Source of the DNA: Mobula hypostoma
Lineage: Eukaryota
DNA: 60,000 bases
Direction of reading: 5' to 3'
Assembly: GCF_963921235.1 (NCBI RefSeq)
Contig: NC_086097.1
Span: 178,872,001 to 178,932,000 of the forward strand
A program made the position numbers and the translations under genes. This document shows positions 22,120 to 35,254 of the stretch, piece by piece. The notes below the pieces were generated by a model. It was not told the DNA's origin, ran no database searches, and worked only from the letters and a program-made list of their open reading frames with translations. Numbering within the stretch: position 1 is the first letter of the stretch; each line of letters starts with the position of its first letter.

Positions 22120-25100
22120 TCAGAGTTCAAAGTGCAAATCAAATTTATTATTAAATTACATGTGTGTTACCATATACAGCCCTGAGATTCATTTACTTGC
22201 TGCAATCACAGTAAATACAAGAAAGACAATAGAATCTATGAAAGACTGCATATAACAGGACAGACAACCATTAGTGTGCAAAAACAATGAACTGTGCCAA
22301 TACAAAAGAAAGTGAAAAATATCAGTAATAGTAATAAACAAATAACCTGATGAGACTGAGGTCCTTTGGAGTATGCAGGCCTCTCCTTCACATGTTCAAT
22401 CAGTCTGTTGTCGCCAGTACAATCTTCTATGCATTGGTGTGCTGGGGCAATGGCATCAACATGGGTGATGCCAACAGGCTCAATAAGCTGATTAGAAAGG
22501 CTGGCTCTGTTATGAGCGTCAAACTGGACACACTGGAGGCTGTGGTAGAACAAAGACCCTACAGAAAATCCTGGCAATTCTGGACAATGTTTCCCACCCT
22601 TTGCATGCCACCTTGGCTGAACAGAGGATCACGCTTAGTAATAGACTGTCAACTGCACTGCTTCAAAGAGCGCTATATGAGGTCATTTTTGCCCTCGGCC
22701 ATTAGACTCTGTAATGTCTATAATGGGTCGTCTACCTGTAGCCGGGGAAGTGATGACCCCCTCCAGTTAGACTGTTTGAGGTAACTTATTTTTTATTCTT
22801 TCTTACTTTTCTTCTAATATTTGTATATCTGCTCTTGTAATGCTGCTGCAATACTGTATTTTCCTATGGGATCAGTAAAGTATCTGTCTATCTCCATATA
22901 AATATCAAGAACATATGAAGAGTCCTTGGAAGTCATTCCACAGGTTATGGGAACAGTTCAGTGATGGGGTGAGTGAAATTAAGGGAAGTTATCCCCTCTG
23001 GTTCAAGAATCTGATGGTTGACAGGTAATAACTGTTCCTGAACCTGGTGATGTGTGGCCTGAGGCTCCTGATGGCAGCAGCAAGAAGAGAGCATGTCCTG
23101 GGTGGTGAGGGTCCTTGATGATGGATGCTGCTTTCCTGTGATAACTCTCTATGTAGATGAGCTCATTGGTGGAGAGGGATTTATCTGTGATGGACTGGGC
23201 CATATCCATTATTTTTTGTCAGCCCTTTCTTAAAAAGGCATTGTGCTTCCATACCAGGCCATGATGCAACCAGTCAATATATTCTCCACCACACATCTGC
23301 AGAAGTTTGTCAAAGTTTTAGATAATATGCCAAATCCTGGTAAACTTTTTATACAGTAGAGGCAATGTCATGCTTTCTTCATAATGGCACTTGCTTCCTG
23401 GACCCAGAACAGATCCTCTGAAATGATAGCACTGAGGAATCCAAAGTTGCTGACCCTCTCTCTCGGATCCCCGGATGAGGACCGTCTCATGGAGCTCCAT
23501 TTTCCTCCTCCTGGTGTCAATAATCAGCTCCTTGGTCTTACTGACATTGGGTGACATGTAGTTGTTGTGACAGCACTCAGTCAGATTTTCAGTCTCCCTC
23601 CTATATGCTGATTCGTCACCACTCTTGATTCAGCCAACAACAGTGGTGTCGTCGGCAGACTTGAATATAACTTTGGAGCTGTGCTTAGCCGCACAGTGAC
23701 AAGTATAAAGTGAGTAGAACAAGAGGATAAGAACACAGCCTGTGGTGCACTTCTGCGGGGAGAGATTGTGGAGGAGATGTTGTTACCAATCTGATCGGAC
23801 TGGGTTCTGCAAGTGAGGAAACTGAGGATCTGGTTATACAAGGAGGTATTGAGGCCTAGGTTAAAGCTTATTGGTTAGTTTTGAGGGGATAATAGTATTG
23901 AAAGCTGAGCTGGAGTCAATGAGGAGCATCCTGATGCATGCATCTTCACTGTCCAGATGTTCTAAGATTGAATGAAAAGCCAATGAAATGGCTTTTGTGG
24001 ATCTGTTGTGATGGCAGACAAATTGGGGTGTATCCAAGTCACTCCTCAGGCAAGAGTTGATAAATTTCCTCACCAACTTCTCAAAGCACTTCATCACTGT
24101 GGATGTAGGAGCCACTGGATGGTAGCCATTGAAGGAGGTACCCACGTTCTTCTTAGTACTAGTATAATTGAAGCCTGCTTGAAGCAGTTGGGTACCTCAG
24201 ACTACCAAAGAGAGAGATTAAAGATAGGTTGAACACTCCAGCTAGTTGATACAGCACAGGTCTTTAGCCAGGTGCCCATTCAGGCTGGATGCATTCTGTG
24301 GATCCAACCTGCTGAAGGATGCTTTCACATCGGCCTCAAAGATTGAAATCACAGAGTCATTGGAGGAGGTGGGAGTTTGTGAAGGTGCCTCCATGTTTTG
24401 ATGGTCAAAGTGAGTATAAAAAGCATTGAGCTCATCTGGGAGTGTGGTCTTATGTTGCTTGGTTTCACCTTGCAGGAGGCAATAGGAGTGAATCCCTGCC
24501 ACAGCGGTTGAGCATCCTTCAGTGATTCAAGTTTGGTTCGGAATTGCCACTTCACACGTGAGGTGGCTTTCCAGAGATTGTACCTGGACCTCTTATATTT
24601 AACTCGGTGGCCAGACCTGAATGCCACTGTTCTGGCCTTCAGCAGCTTGTGGATCTCATAATCATACAGGACTTCTGGTTAGGGAAGACTCTGAATGACT
24701 TTGTGGGGACAGACATATCTATGAGTGTTTTTATAGTCCGTGACAACCGTAGTGTATTCGTTCAGATCCTCTGATGAGTCCTTGAACACAGTCCAGACAC
24801 CAACACAAAGCAATCCCATAGCCACTCCTCTGCCTCCTGTGACCAGCTCTTTGTTGTCCTTATCTGTGGAGCCTTGCTGCCTGTACGCAGGTAGGAGGAG
24901 AGCAGCAAAGTGATTAGATTTCCCAAAATGTGATCTAGGCATGGAATGGTGGGCATTCCTAAACGCAGTGTAACCGTGGTTGAGTGTGTTGGGACCCTGG
25001 TGCTGCAAGTGATACATTGGTGATAATTGGGCAGAGATTTCTTCAAGCAAGCCCAATTGAAGTTCCCGACACAATGATTTGAAAAGCGTCAGTGGAGGCT

Positions 25101-25620
25101 ACTTCTTGCTTGCTAATCGTGGCATTGAATACATTGAGTGCTTGTTTAAACTCTGCCTTTGGTGTATGTATACGTCAGTTAGGATCACAGAGGAGAGTTC
25201 TTTTGATAAGTAGAATGATCAGCTCTTAATCATCAGATGTTCCAGGTCAGGGGAACAAGAATGCAACTGAGCACCACAAAGTGTTTATCGTGAAACAATG
25301 ATCCTATATTTTCATATCTCCAAATCAGCAGTCCATTCCATCTGGTGTATCGAGAAGCCCTCGGGCCTTACCAACATATCCGGCATGTATGGAGTGAGCC
25401 ATGTCTCCATGAAACACCAAACAGCAATTCCTCATTTCTTTACGGTAAAGCAATCTTGCCTTTAGGCCCTCAATTTTGTTTTCCAGTGACTATACATTTG
25501 CAAACAAGATGCTGGGTAGAGGGAGTTTCATTCCCCTGTATTTCAGTTTGACTTAGAGTTCCCCCTTTCTCTCTCCCTTCCGGCCTTGGCGATGTACCTT
25601 CCTCCACTCAAAGGTACCAG
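22120..25620 (-). mobile_element. Long decayed Rex1/Babar non-LTR retrotransposon
   Basis: ORF pieces 'YHPVAPTSTVMKCFEKLV', 'QFVCHHNRST...LLIDSSSAFNTI', 'LPDELNAFYTHFD', 'SKTKELIID' and 'SIIKDPHHPGHALFLLLPSG'. Confidence 0.88.
22348..22895 (+). mobile_element. Second Rex1/Babar subfamily, 3' fragment nested in opposite orientation
   Basis: RLRSFGVCRPLLHMF.QSVVASTIFYALVCWG...RLNKLIRKAGSV and a (tatc)-type tail. The same family occurs at 47482-47781. Confidence 0.85.
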
Positions 25621-26459
25621 ACCTAAGATCTTGAAATCACAAGTTCATTATGACGGTTCAAAAGTATGTTGCTTAAAGGAAAACTACAGGCTGCAGATTG
25701 CAGTGAGAGTAATTCTGAAGTATATTTCGAAATTCTGAAAGCAGCCCACAACATGTCGTTGTGGTTCACTAGCGTCATCTTGAAATTGTTAAAGGTTAAA
25801 GGAAAGGTTAAAACTACTGATCCATTCCCTGAACTTACTGAACAATTAGTAATTAGAAGAACAATGTTTAAATAAACATGAGGAGCAAATGGAGACCATT
25901 CAGCCCATCGAGCAGGCACTCTTTTTACTGGCTCACAGAATTATTGACATAGACAGTAGAACATGGAACAGAACAGCACAGTAGTGACCCTTGTGACAAC
26001 CTTTTAACCTGCTCCAAGATCAATCTAACCGTTCCCTCATGCATGACGTTCCATTTTTCTTTCGTCTACTTGCCTAACTAAGAGTCCTTTAAGTGTCCCT
26101 AATATATCTGCCTCCATTACACCCCAGCAGGACATTCTATGCACCCTCAAAAAAAAACTACCTCTGACACCAAACATTCCTATACTTTCCTCCCATCACA
26201 TTAAAATTATGCCCTGTTTACAGTGGTCAACTAATCCATCCACCTGCAGGTGTTTGGAACGTGAGCACTCAGGAGGACCCACACAGTCACAGGGAGAAGG
26301 TGGAAACACCACACAGACAGTTCAGGGTTCGGGGTTGAAGCCAGCTCTCTGGAGATATGAGGCAGCAGTTCTGCCAACTGTGCCTCTATGCCTTCCTCAT
26401 TTGAAGGACTTTGGTACACCAGAGCAGTCCTTTGGTTTCATTGAGCTTATTCAGTGGTG

Positions 26460-26887
26460 CAGTGCTAGCCAGAGCGCACCAGAGCGCGTCTGGCACCTCT
26501 TTAAGAAAAAAGCCGAAATAAACAAGCTAATTAATTAGGTGCTGCCCAGGGTGATTTGAGTATCTCAGAAACTGCTGGTCTCCTGGGATTTTTACGCACA
26601 ACAGACTCTGGAGTTTACAAAGAATGGTGCCAAAAACAAAAAAAAATCCAGCGAGTGGATTTAACAAGATGTTTTCGCTCACAGAACAGCCACTTGCTGG
26701 ATTTTTATTGTTTTTGACACCATTCTTTGTAAACTCCAGAGTCTGTTGTGTGTAAAAGTCCCAGGAAATCAGCAGTTTTTGAGATACTCAAATCACCCTG
26801 GGCAGCACCTAATTAATTAGCTTGTTTATTTCGGCTTTTTTCTTAAAGATGTGCAGGACGCGCTCTGGTGCGCTCTGGCTAGCACTG
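26460..26887. mobile_element. Foldback/MITE-like palindromic element with ~200-bp inverted arms containing Tc1 transposase sequence
   Basis: 26460-26658 is the near reverse complement of 26690-26887. The inner arm translates as DLSISETAGLLGFLRTTDSGVYKEWCQKQK. Confidence 0.88.
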
Positions 26888-26909
26888 AGTTTATTTATTC
26901 ATTCCTTGC

Positions 26910-27350
26910 AATGTAGAACAGTACAGCACTGGACAGGCTGTATGGCTCACAATTTCATGCTGATTGATGCGACTTATGTCAAATGCCCTCTTCCTTTGTA
27001 TCATCCATATCCCTCCATTCCCTTCATGTTGATGTATCTATCTAAGCACCTCTTAGATTCCACTAGACTGCCTCCTTCCACTACTACTCCTCCTGGTAAC
27101 CCACTTAGGGTGCCTTGTACTCTCTGTGTAAAAATTCTGCCCTTCACCTCGCCTTTAAACATCTCCCCCCAGCCCCAGCCTTAGATACCTCTCCTCTGCT
27201 GTTTGACATTTCTACCCAATCTATGCCTCTGATAATTTTAAAAACCTCTAACAGGTCTCCCCCCCAGCCTCCAGTAATCTAGGGAAAACAGCCCAGGTTT
27301 CACCAGCCCCTCCTTATAGCTCATTCCTTCAAATCGAGGCAGCTCCACCT
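26910..27350 (-). mobile_element. CR1 3' fragment
   Basis: 'EGMSYKEGLVKPGLFSLDYWRLGG' and a CR1 3' terminus at ~26910. Confidence 0.75.
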
Positions 27351-28769
27351 GGTTAACCTTCGTGATGTAGCAGTTATTGGCAAGGTTGGCGTCATTGCTG
27401 AGACTGGTCATGGAACATGGAACTATTTTAACCACACTGAAGACTAAGATCGAAGGATTGGAGTGCAGACTGAGGCAGTTTACCAGCCTTGATCTTATTG
27501 AATGGCAGGGTTTGCTCAAGAGGCCAAATCCTCCTGCTGTTTCTGAAGTTGTCCCACTCCAGATCCACGAGTCAACTGCTGGCTTCAAGCAGGTGAATTA
27601 TTCACCTGCTCAGCCCCATAGTATGTGGCCTTCAGCAAATCCGTGGAAAACTGGAAGGAGGATTGATCTTGGAAGGGAAGCACTTAGCCTGTCTAGCTGT
27701 GCCTAACCTGGGAGAGAAAGTTGGGAAAAGCAGGAGTTATGGCAAAAGGCCACTACAGAGCACACACAGTTTAATACAGCTTTCATATCTTGGAAAATCT
27801 TTCTTTTCCATCTCCCGCTCTCCTTCCGAAGTATTTTATCCCTTTATATTAATCAGACTTGATCTCTGTGTGGCTGGGAGGTATTTAGTTTCCTGTAGGT
27901 ATACAGTGCACTATTGAAATGTTGGGCTTACAAGAGTGAAAGTCAGCCAAAGGGCTTGCAGACTTCCGTGTTTCCTGAACAGACCTCCTGAGTTCTGTGA
28001 AGGTGGCTCTCAAATCTTTTCCAACCTTCAATATTACCAATGCAAATGTCCCCCAAACATTTCAGCAACAGGATTCAAAAAGGGATGATTTTCTATGACA
28101 CGTAGATTGGGTGACTTGGATGAAGCTTTGCAGACAAGCGTGACCCTTGTGTATTCTATGTGCTGGGATAGCTTGGCAATGTGATTTTCTTCATGATTTT
28201 GCTCTGTGAATAACAAATCTTGCCAGCAAGATTTACAGGCCAAAGCACTAGCGTAAGGCTGCATTCTCTCACAATGTCAGCCATTCACACGCAGATGTAA
28301 CACTGCTGCCTCGGTCACACTGAGGAGCAATTTGCCTGAGCTCTTGTACTGGATAACTCACTGCTGTAGGGAGAGTAAAAACAGTGACAACAAATTCTGC
28401 CATTCAGATTATCAGCATTCCCTTCCAACCCCTTTTAATAAACAGCCTCAAACCCTCATTGCTTTCTCCATAACGAGCTTTAGCCCTTGCACCAACATCC
28501 CCACCGTCCCTTTCATCCCATACCAACTTACACTCCTGCCTGTCTCTACGATCCCCTCCAGCCGCTCTACTATTCCCTGTCTCTTAAACTCTCCCAGAAA
28601 AAGCAACCCAAGTCTTTTCACAGTGCATACCCTCTAATCCAGGCAGCATCCTGGTGAACTTCTTCTGCACTCCTTCCAAAGCCCCCATTCCCTTCAGGTA
28701 TTGGAGATCCCGGAACTGCACACCAAACACCACGTGCCGCCTAACATACTCCACATGCAGCCCCTCACA

Positions 28770-29652
28770 CCCTCCCTCAGCACTACCCCTCCCACAGTGT
28801 GATACTCCCTCAGCACTACCCCCCCACAGTGTGACACTCCCTCAGTACTGCCCCTCCCACAGTGTGATACTGCCTCAGTACTGCCCCTCCCACAGTGTGA
28901 TACTCCCTCAGCACTACCCCCCCACAGTGTGACACTCCCTCAGTACTGCCCCTCCCACAGTGTGACACTCCCTCAGCACTACCCCCCCACAATGTGATAC
29001 TCCCTCAGCACTACCCCCCCACAGTGTGACTCTCCTTCAGCACTGCCCCCCCCACAGTGTGACACTCCCTCAGTACTGCCCCTCCCACAGTGTGACACTC
29101 CCTCAGCACTACCCCCCACAGTGTGATACTCCCTCAACACTGCCCCTCCCACAGTGTGACTCTCCCTCAGTACTGCCCCTCCCACAGTGTGACTCTCCCT
29201 CAATACTGCCCCTCCCACAGTGTGACTCTCCCTCAGCACTGCCCTTCCCACAGTGTGATACTCCCTCAGTACCGTCCCTCCCACAGTGTGACCCTCCTTC
29301 AATACTGTCCCTCCCTCAGTACTGTCCCTCCCGCAGTGTGACACTCCCTCAGTACTGCCCCTCCCACAGTGTGATACTCCCTCAGTACTGTCCCTCCCAG
29401 TGTGACCCTCCTTCAATACTGTCCCTCCCTCAGTACTGCCCCTCCCACAGTGTGACTCTCCCTCAGTACTGCCCCTCCCACAGTGTGACTCTCCCTCAGT
29501 ACTGCCCCTCCCACAGTGATATTCCCTCAGTACTGTCCCTCGCACAGTGTGACTCTCCCTCAACACTGCCCCTCCCACAGTGTGACACTGTCTCAGTACT
29601 GCCCCCTCACGGTGTGACACTCACTCAGTACTGCACTGAGAGAGCCAGCCCA
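28770..29652 (-). repeat. 33-bp minisatellite, probably derived from a Deu-domain-type SINE
   Basis: Unit ccctcagtactgcccctcccacagtgtgacact. The right end 'ctcagtactgcactgagagagccagccc' resembles the SacSINE1/AmnSINE-type 'gctgacactccagtgcagtactgagggagtg' on the minus strand. Confidence 0.9.
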
Positions 29653-30129
29653 TTAGTAAACGTGTAAAATTGAAAAGAGTGAATTCCTCTGTTTGCTTCC
29701 AGTAACTAACTGAGTGAACTTCATTACTTAAACCAGTGTGCCTCAGGCGATGTCATCTGCCTTCCTTTCTCACTTTGGTCCACCTGTGCCTCCATTGCAC
29801 CAGTGGTTTACTCTGAACTTCCATCTGGAAAATATCCCTAAATCCATCTCCCCTGGGAGCACCTCTTTCCATTGCTCAGTCCCTACTTCCTCAGGAGTGA
29901 TGGGATCCACGCCGAATGCTGGCTCTGCTGACGACTCACGTTAACAGATAAATTAAAAATCTTCCATCCAACCTCAGTGTCCGGAGCTTTGCTTGGGGAA
30001 GAGATCCCTGTGCTCTCCTTTCCTGACATGGCAAATATTCCCAGTGGGAATGCTGGAGTCTTACAGCTTTCCAACTGTTTTCACACTATTGTGAATTTTT
30101 CTGTTACACTATGGTCTGTCGGTACTGTG

Positions 30130-30500
30130 AACACAGGCTGTTTAATTTTTAATTAATTAATTGGCAAGCAGACCCTTTAGAGAGAGGGATAACAGCGGCT
30201 GAATTTCATAAATTAAGCTGTGTGTTAGAGGGTATTACACAGCAATAATTACGAATTCAAAAGCATGCATTATTGGGGAATAATGCACTTTAGGATTAGC
30301 TGAGGCAATAAGATCTGGTTCAGGCCGAACAAATCCTGATGTGCAATATTCCCCAATGTTTGCATCGTTCTCATTTATTATTGCTTAATTGAAAAAGGTT
30401 TGTGCTTTGCTATCACGAGATAAAGTAATTATGTTATTCAAACATGCAATAATCAAATTCACACATTTATTAACGGAAAACAAATAGTGTCGATGTTCTC
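30130..30500. promoter_or_regulatory. Candidate conserved non-coding element / enhancer
   Basis: Unique AT-rich island with dense TAAT, TAATTA and CATAAA/TTTAT motifs. Conservation not tested. Confidence 0.4.
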
Positions 30501-30529
30501 TTTTGAACTTCACTGATATACGTAAGCTT

Positions 30530-30810
30530 GGGCTGACACTCAGTACCAGGGAGCACTGCATTATGGGAGGGGCAGTATTGGGGGAGTGTCACATTGTGGG
30601 AGGGGCAGTATTAGGGGTGTCACATTGTGGGAGGGGCAGTATCAAGGGTGTCCCACTGTGGGAGGGACAGTACTGAGGAAGCAACACACTGAGAGGGGCA
30701 GAGCTTAGGATGTGTCACGGTGGGAGGGGCAGTATTGAGAGAATGTCACAATGTTAGAAGGACGGGACTGAGGGAGTGTCACATTGTGGGAGGGATGGTA
30801 CTGAGGGAGT
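30530..30810 (+). repeat. Older array of the same 33-bp unit, opposite orientation, about 8 copies
   Basis: Starts 'gggctgacactcagtacc', then repeats 'gtgtcacattgtgggaggggcagta'. Confidence 0.85.
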
Positions 30811-32120
30811 GGAAAAGGGGTGTTCAAAGGAAGAACTTTATTGTCAGAATGGTAACATCAAGGAAGTTCTATATTTCTATAGCAACTTTCCCTGCTGTTG
30901 GGTTTTGACCTGAAATGTCAACATCCTTTCTCCCCACAGAATCTGCTCAACCCACTAATTTTTCTTGCAGATTGTTTATTGCTCCAGATTAAGCTTATTC
31001 CACCTCTTGTGTCTCATCAAATTTCCTGACCAAAAATCTATCTCTGTCCACTTTAAATAACCCAGCCTCCACAACTCACTGGGACAGAGAATTCCCGATA
31101 TTCACCACCTTCTGCCAGAGGAATGCTTTATTAGAAATGACTGTCCTGCTGTCTTGTATTAATGATATCTAGCCCAAAATTCTTCCAGTAGTAGAAGCAC
31201 CTTAATATCTACACTATAATGCCCCCTCTGGATCCTGCGTTTTTTCGATAAGATCACCTTAACTCCAAAGGGTCTAGGTCTAACCTTCTTCACCTGCTCA
31301 TGACAGGACAATCCTGTCATCTCATGAATTAGCTGAGCGAATATCTTCCAGACTGCCTCCAATGCCAGTATATTCCTCTACATTCTCTCTTCTCCCTCCT
31401 CCCATCTTGCAGAAAATACAAAAGCCTGAAAGTACATTTCACCAGATTCAGGCGGCTTCCGTACCACTGTTTTAAGACCATTGTGTTGTGGAGGCTGGTA
31501 AGTTACACCTTATTGTCCACTTGCACTGCATTTGCTCTGTAACATTTTATTCTAGATTCTGTTATGCTTTTCACTTGTATCAATCAATGCATTGTGTAAT
31601 GAAATTATCTGTATGGACAGCATACCATACAAAGCTTTTCACTCTACCTTGGTACATGAGACAACAATAAACAAATTTACCAATTTATATCCTTTTTTAA
31701 AATAACAGCTTTAAACTATACACAGTACTTCAGGTGCACCTTTACCAGGACTCTTAAAGTTATAACAATAATTCTCTAGTTTTAAATCCGAATCCTGTAT
31801 CAACAAAGGCAATATCCCACTCAGCACTTATTTTATCAGCCTGCTAACTTATGTTTGTGTTTCATGCACTAGAACACCTTGAGCCCACTGTACCTCATGG
31901 AAACCAGTCTCCACCCCTTGGACTCTGTCTCGACTTCTTACGGCTTCAGAAAAGCATCCAGCATAGTCAAAAATCCCACCCACCCAGGCATTCTCACTTC
32001 TGCACCCTCCCTTTGAGGAGACACAAAACCCTGAAAGTTCGTACCACCTGCCTGCTCTTATTACACTATTGAACAGTTCCTTAGTATGATAAGATGTATT
32101 CTTGACCTCACAATCTACTT

Positions 32121-35114
32121 AACCATAGAAACCATAGAAACTACAGCACAGAAACAGCCCCTTTGGCCCTTCTTGGCTGTGCCGAACCATTTTCTGCCTA
32201 GTCCCACTCATCTGCACACGGACCATATCCCTCCATACACCTCCCATCCATGTATCTGTCCAATTTATTCTTAAATGTTAAAAAGAACCCTCATTTACCA
32301 CCTCGTCTGGCAGCTCATTCCATACTCCCACCACTCTCTGTGTGAAGAAGCCCCCCCTAATGTTCCCTTTAAACTTTTCCCCCCTCACCTGTAACCCATG
32401 TCCTCTGGTGTTTTTCTCCCCTTGCCTCAGTGGAAAAAGCCTGCTTGCATTCACTCTATCTATACCCAACATAATTTTATATACCTCTATCAAATCTCCC
32501 CTCATTCTTCTACGCTCCAGGGAATAAAGTCCTAACCTATTCAACTTTTCTCTGTAACTGAGTTTCTCAAGTCCCGGCAACATCCTTGGAAACCTTCTCT
32601 GCACTCTTTCAACCTTATTTATATCCTTCCTGTAATTTGGTGACCAAAACTGAACACAATACTCCAGATTCGGCCTCACCAATGCCTTATACAACCTCAT
32701 CATAACATTCCAGCTCTTATACTCAATACTTCGATTAATAAAGGCCAATGTACCAAAAGCTCTCTTTACGACCCTATCTACCTGTGACGACACTTTTAGG
32801 GAATTTTGTATCTGTATTCCCAGATCCCTCTGTTCCACTGCACTCCTCAGTGCCTTACCATTAACCCTGTATGTTCTATGTTGGTGTGTCCTTCCAACGT
32901 GCAATACCTCACACTTGTCAGTATTAAACTCCATCTGCCATTTTTCAGCCCATTTTTCCAACTGGTCCAAATCCCTCTGCAGGCTCTGAAAACCTTCCTC
33001 ACTGTCTACTACACCTCCAATCTTTGTATCATCAGCAAACTTGCTGATCCAATTTAACACATTATCATTCAGATCATTGATATAGGTGACAAATAACAAT
33101 GGACCCAGCACTGATCCCTGTGGCACACCACTAGTCACAGGCCTCCACTCAGAGAAGTAATTCTCTACCACCACTCCCTGGCTTCTTCCATCGAGCCAAT
33201 GTCTAATCCAATTTACCACCTCTCCATGTATACCTAGCGACTGAATTTTCCTAACTAACCTCCCATGCGGGACCTTGTCAAAGGCCTTACTGAAGTCCAT
33301 GTAGACAATATCCACTGCCTTCCCTTCATCCACTTTCCTGGTAACCTCCTCGAAAAACTCCCAACAGATTGGTCAAACATGACCTACCACGCACAAAGCC
33401 ATGTTGACTCTCCCTAATAAGCCCCTGTCTATCCAAATGCTTGTAGATTCTGTCTCTTAGTACTCCCTCCAATAACTTAGCTACTACTGACGTTAAACTC
33501 ACCGGCCTATAATTTCCCGGATTACTTTTCGATCCTTTTTTAAACAACGGAACAACATGAGCCACTCTTCAATCCTCCGGCACCTCACCTGTAGACAGCA
33601 ACATTTTAAATATTTCTGCCAGCGCCCCCTCAATTTCAACACTAGTCTCCTTCAAGGTCCGAGGGAACACTCTGTCAGGTCCCGGGGATTTATCCACTTT
33701 AATTTTCCTCAAGACAGCAAGCACCTCCTCCTTTTCAATCTGTACAGTTTCCATGGTCTCACTACTTGATTCCCTCAATTCCATAGATTTCATGCCAGCT
33801 TCCTTATTAAATACAGACGCAAAAAACCTATTTAAGATCTCCCCCATTTCCTTTGGTTCCGCATAAAGTCGACCACTCTGATCTTCAAGAGGACCAATTT
33901 TATCCCTTACAATCCTTTTGCTCTTAATATACTTGTAAAAGCTCTTTGGATTCTCCTTCACTTTGACTGCCAAGGCAACCTCATGTCTTCTTTTAGCCCT
34001 CCTGATTTCTTTCTTAAGTATTTTCTTGCACTTCTTATACTCCTCAAGCACCTTATTTACTCCCCGTTTCCTATACATTTCATACAACTCCCTCTTCTTC
34101 TTTATCAGAGTTGCAATATCCCTTGAGAACCAAGGTTCCTTATTCCTATTCAATTTGCCTTTAATCCTGACAGGAACATACAAACTCTGCACTCTCAAAA
34201 TTTCCCCTTTGAAGGCTTCCCACCTACCAATCACATCTTTGCCAGAGAACAACCTGTCCCAATCCACGCTTTTTAGATCCTTTCTCATTTCTTCAAATTT
34301 GGCCTTCCTCCAGTTCAGAACCTCAACCCTAGGACCAGATCTATCCTTGTCCATGATCAAATTGAAACTAATGGTGTTATGATCACTGGAACCAAAGTGC
34401 TCCCCGACACAGACTTCCGTCACTTGCCCTAATTCGTTTCCTAACAGGAGATCCAATATTGCATCCCCTCTGGTTGGTCTCTCTATATATTGATTTAGAA
34501 AACTTTCCTGAACACATTTTACAAACTCTAAACCATCTAGACCCCTAACAGTATGGGAGTCCCAATCAATGTATGGAAAATTAAAATCTCCTACCACCAC
34601 AACTTTATGTTTCCTGCTATCTCTCTGCAGATTTGCTCTTCCAAGTCTCGTTGACTATTGGGTGGTCTGTAATACAATCCCATTAATGTGGCCATACCTT
34701 TCCTGTTTCTCAGCTCCACCCATAAGGACTCAGTAGACAAGCCCTCTAATCTGTCCTGCCTGAGCACTGCTGTAATATTTTCCCTAACAAGCAATGCTAC
34801 TCCCCCACCTTTCATTCCTCTGCCTCGATCACATCTGAAACATCGGAACCCTGGAATATTAAGCTGCCAGTCCTGCCCCTCCTGTAGCCAAGTTTCACTA
34901 ATTGCCACAACATCATAATTCCACGTGTCAATCCACGCCCTCAACTCATCCGCCTTCCCCGCAATACTCCTCGCATTGAAATATATACACCTCAGAAGAT
35001 TTTTACCACCACTCACAACCTTTCTATCAGCGGATTTGCTTAAACTTTCAACATCATTTATTTTCACCCCAGCCACACTGTCAGCTCTGGCACTCTGGTT
35101 CCCATCTCCCTGCA
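32121..35114 (-). mobile_element. Young CR1 LINE, 5'-truncated just upstream of the ORF2 endonuclease domain
   Basis: APE endonuclease plus RT, 3' UTR and (tttctatgg)n tail. TSD aatctactt at 32112-32120 and 35115-35123. Confidence 0.95.
32278..35000 (-). pseudogene. CR1 ORF2 (apurinic-like endonuclease plus reverse transcriptase), three lesions
   Basis: YFNARS, SETWL, YYRPP, GDFNFP, SDH, NYRPVSLTS, QHGF, DFSKAFD, GVPQGSVLGP and FADD motifs. Frameshift at ~34610, nonsense TGA at 33569-33571, frameshift at ~33360. Confidence 0.93.
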
Positions 35115-35254
35115 AATCTACTTCATTGTGACCTTGCACTGTCTGCCTGCACTGCACATTCTCTGTAGCTGTCACACTATATTCTGCTCTGGCAACACAC
35201 ATCAAAGTTGCTGGTGAACGCAGCAGGCCAGGCAGCATCTCTAGGAAGAGGTGC

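Noticed and set aside
28979..29667. 213-aa ORFs on both strands
   Set aside because: Products of the 33-bp minisatellite.
34591..35238. ORF apparently fusing Penelope sequence to the CR1 endonuclease
   Set aside because: Chance read-through across three separate insertions delimited by TSDs, and ORF2 is broken downstream.
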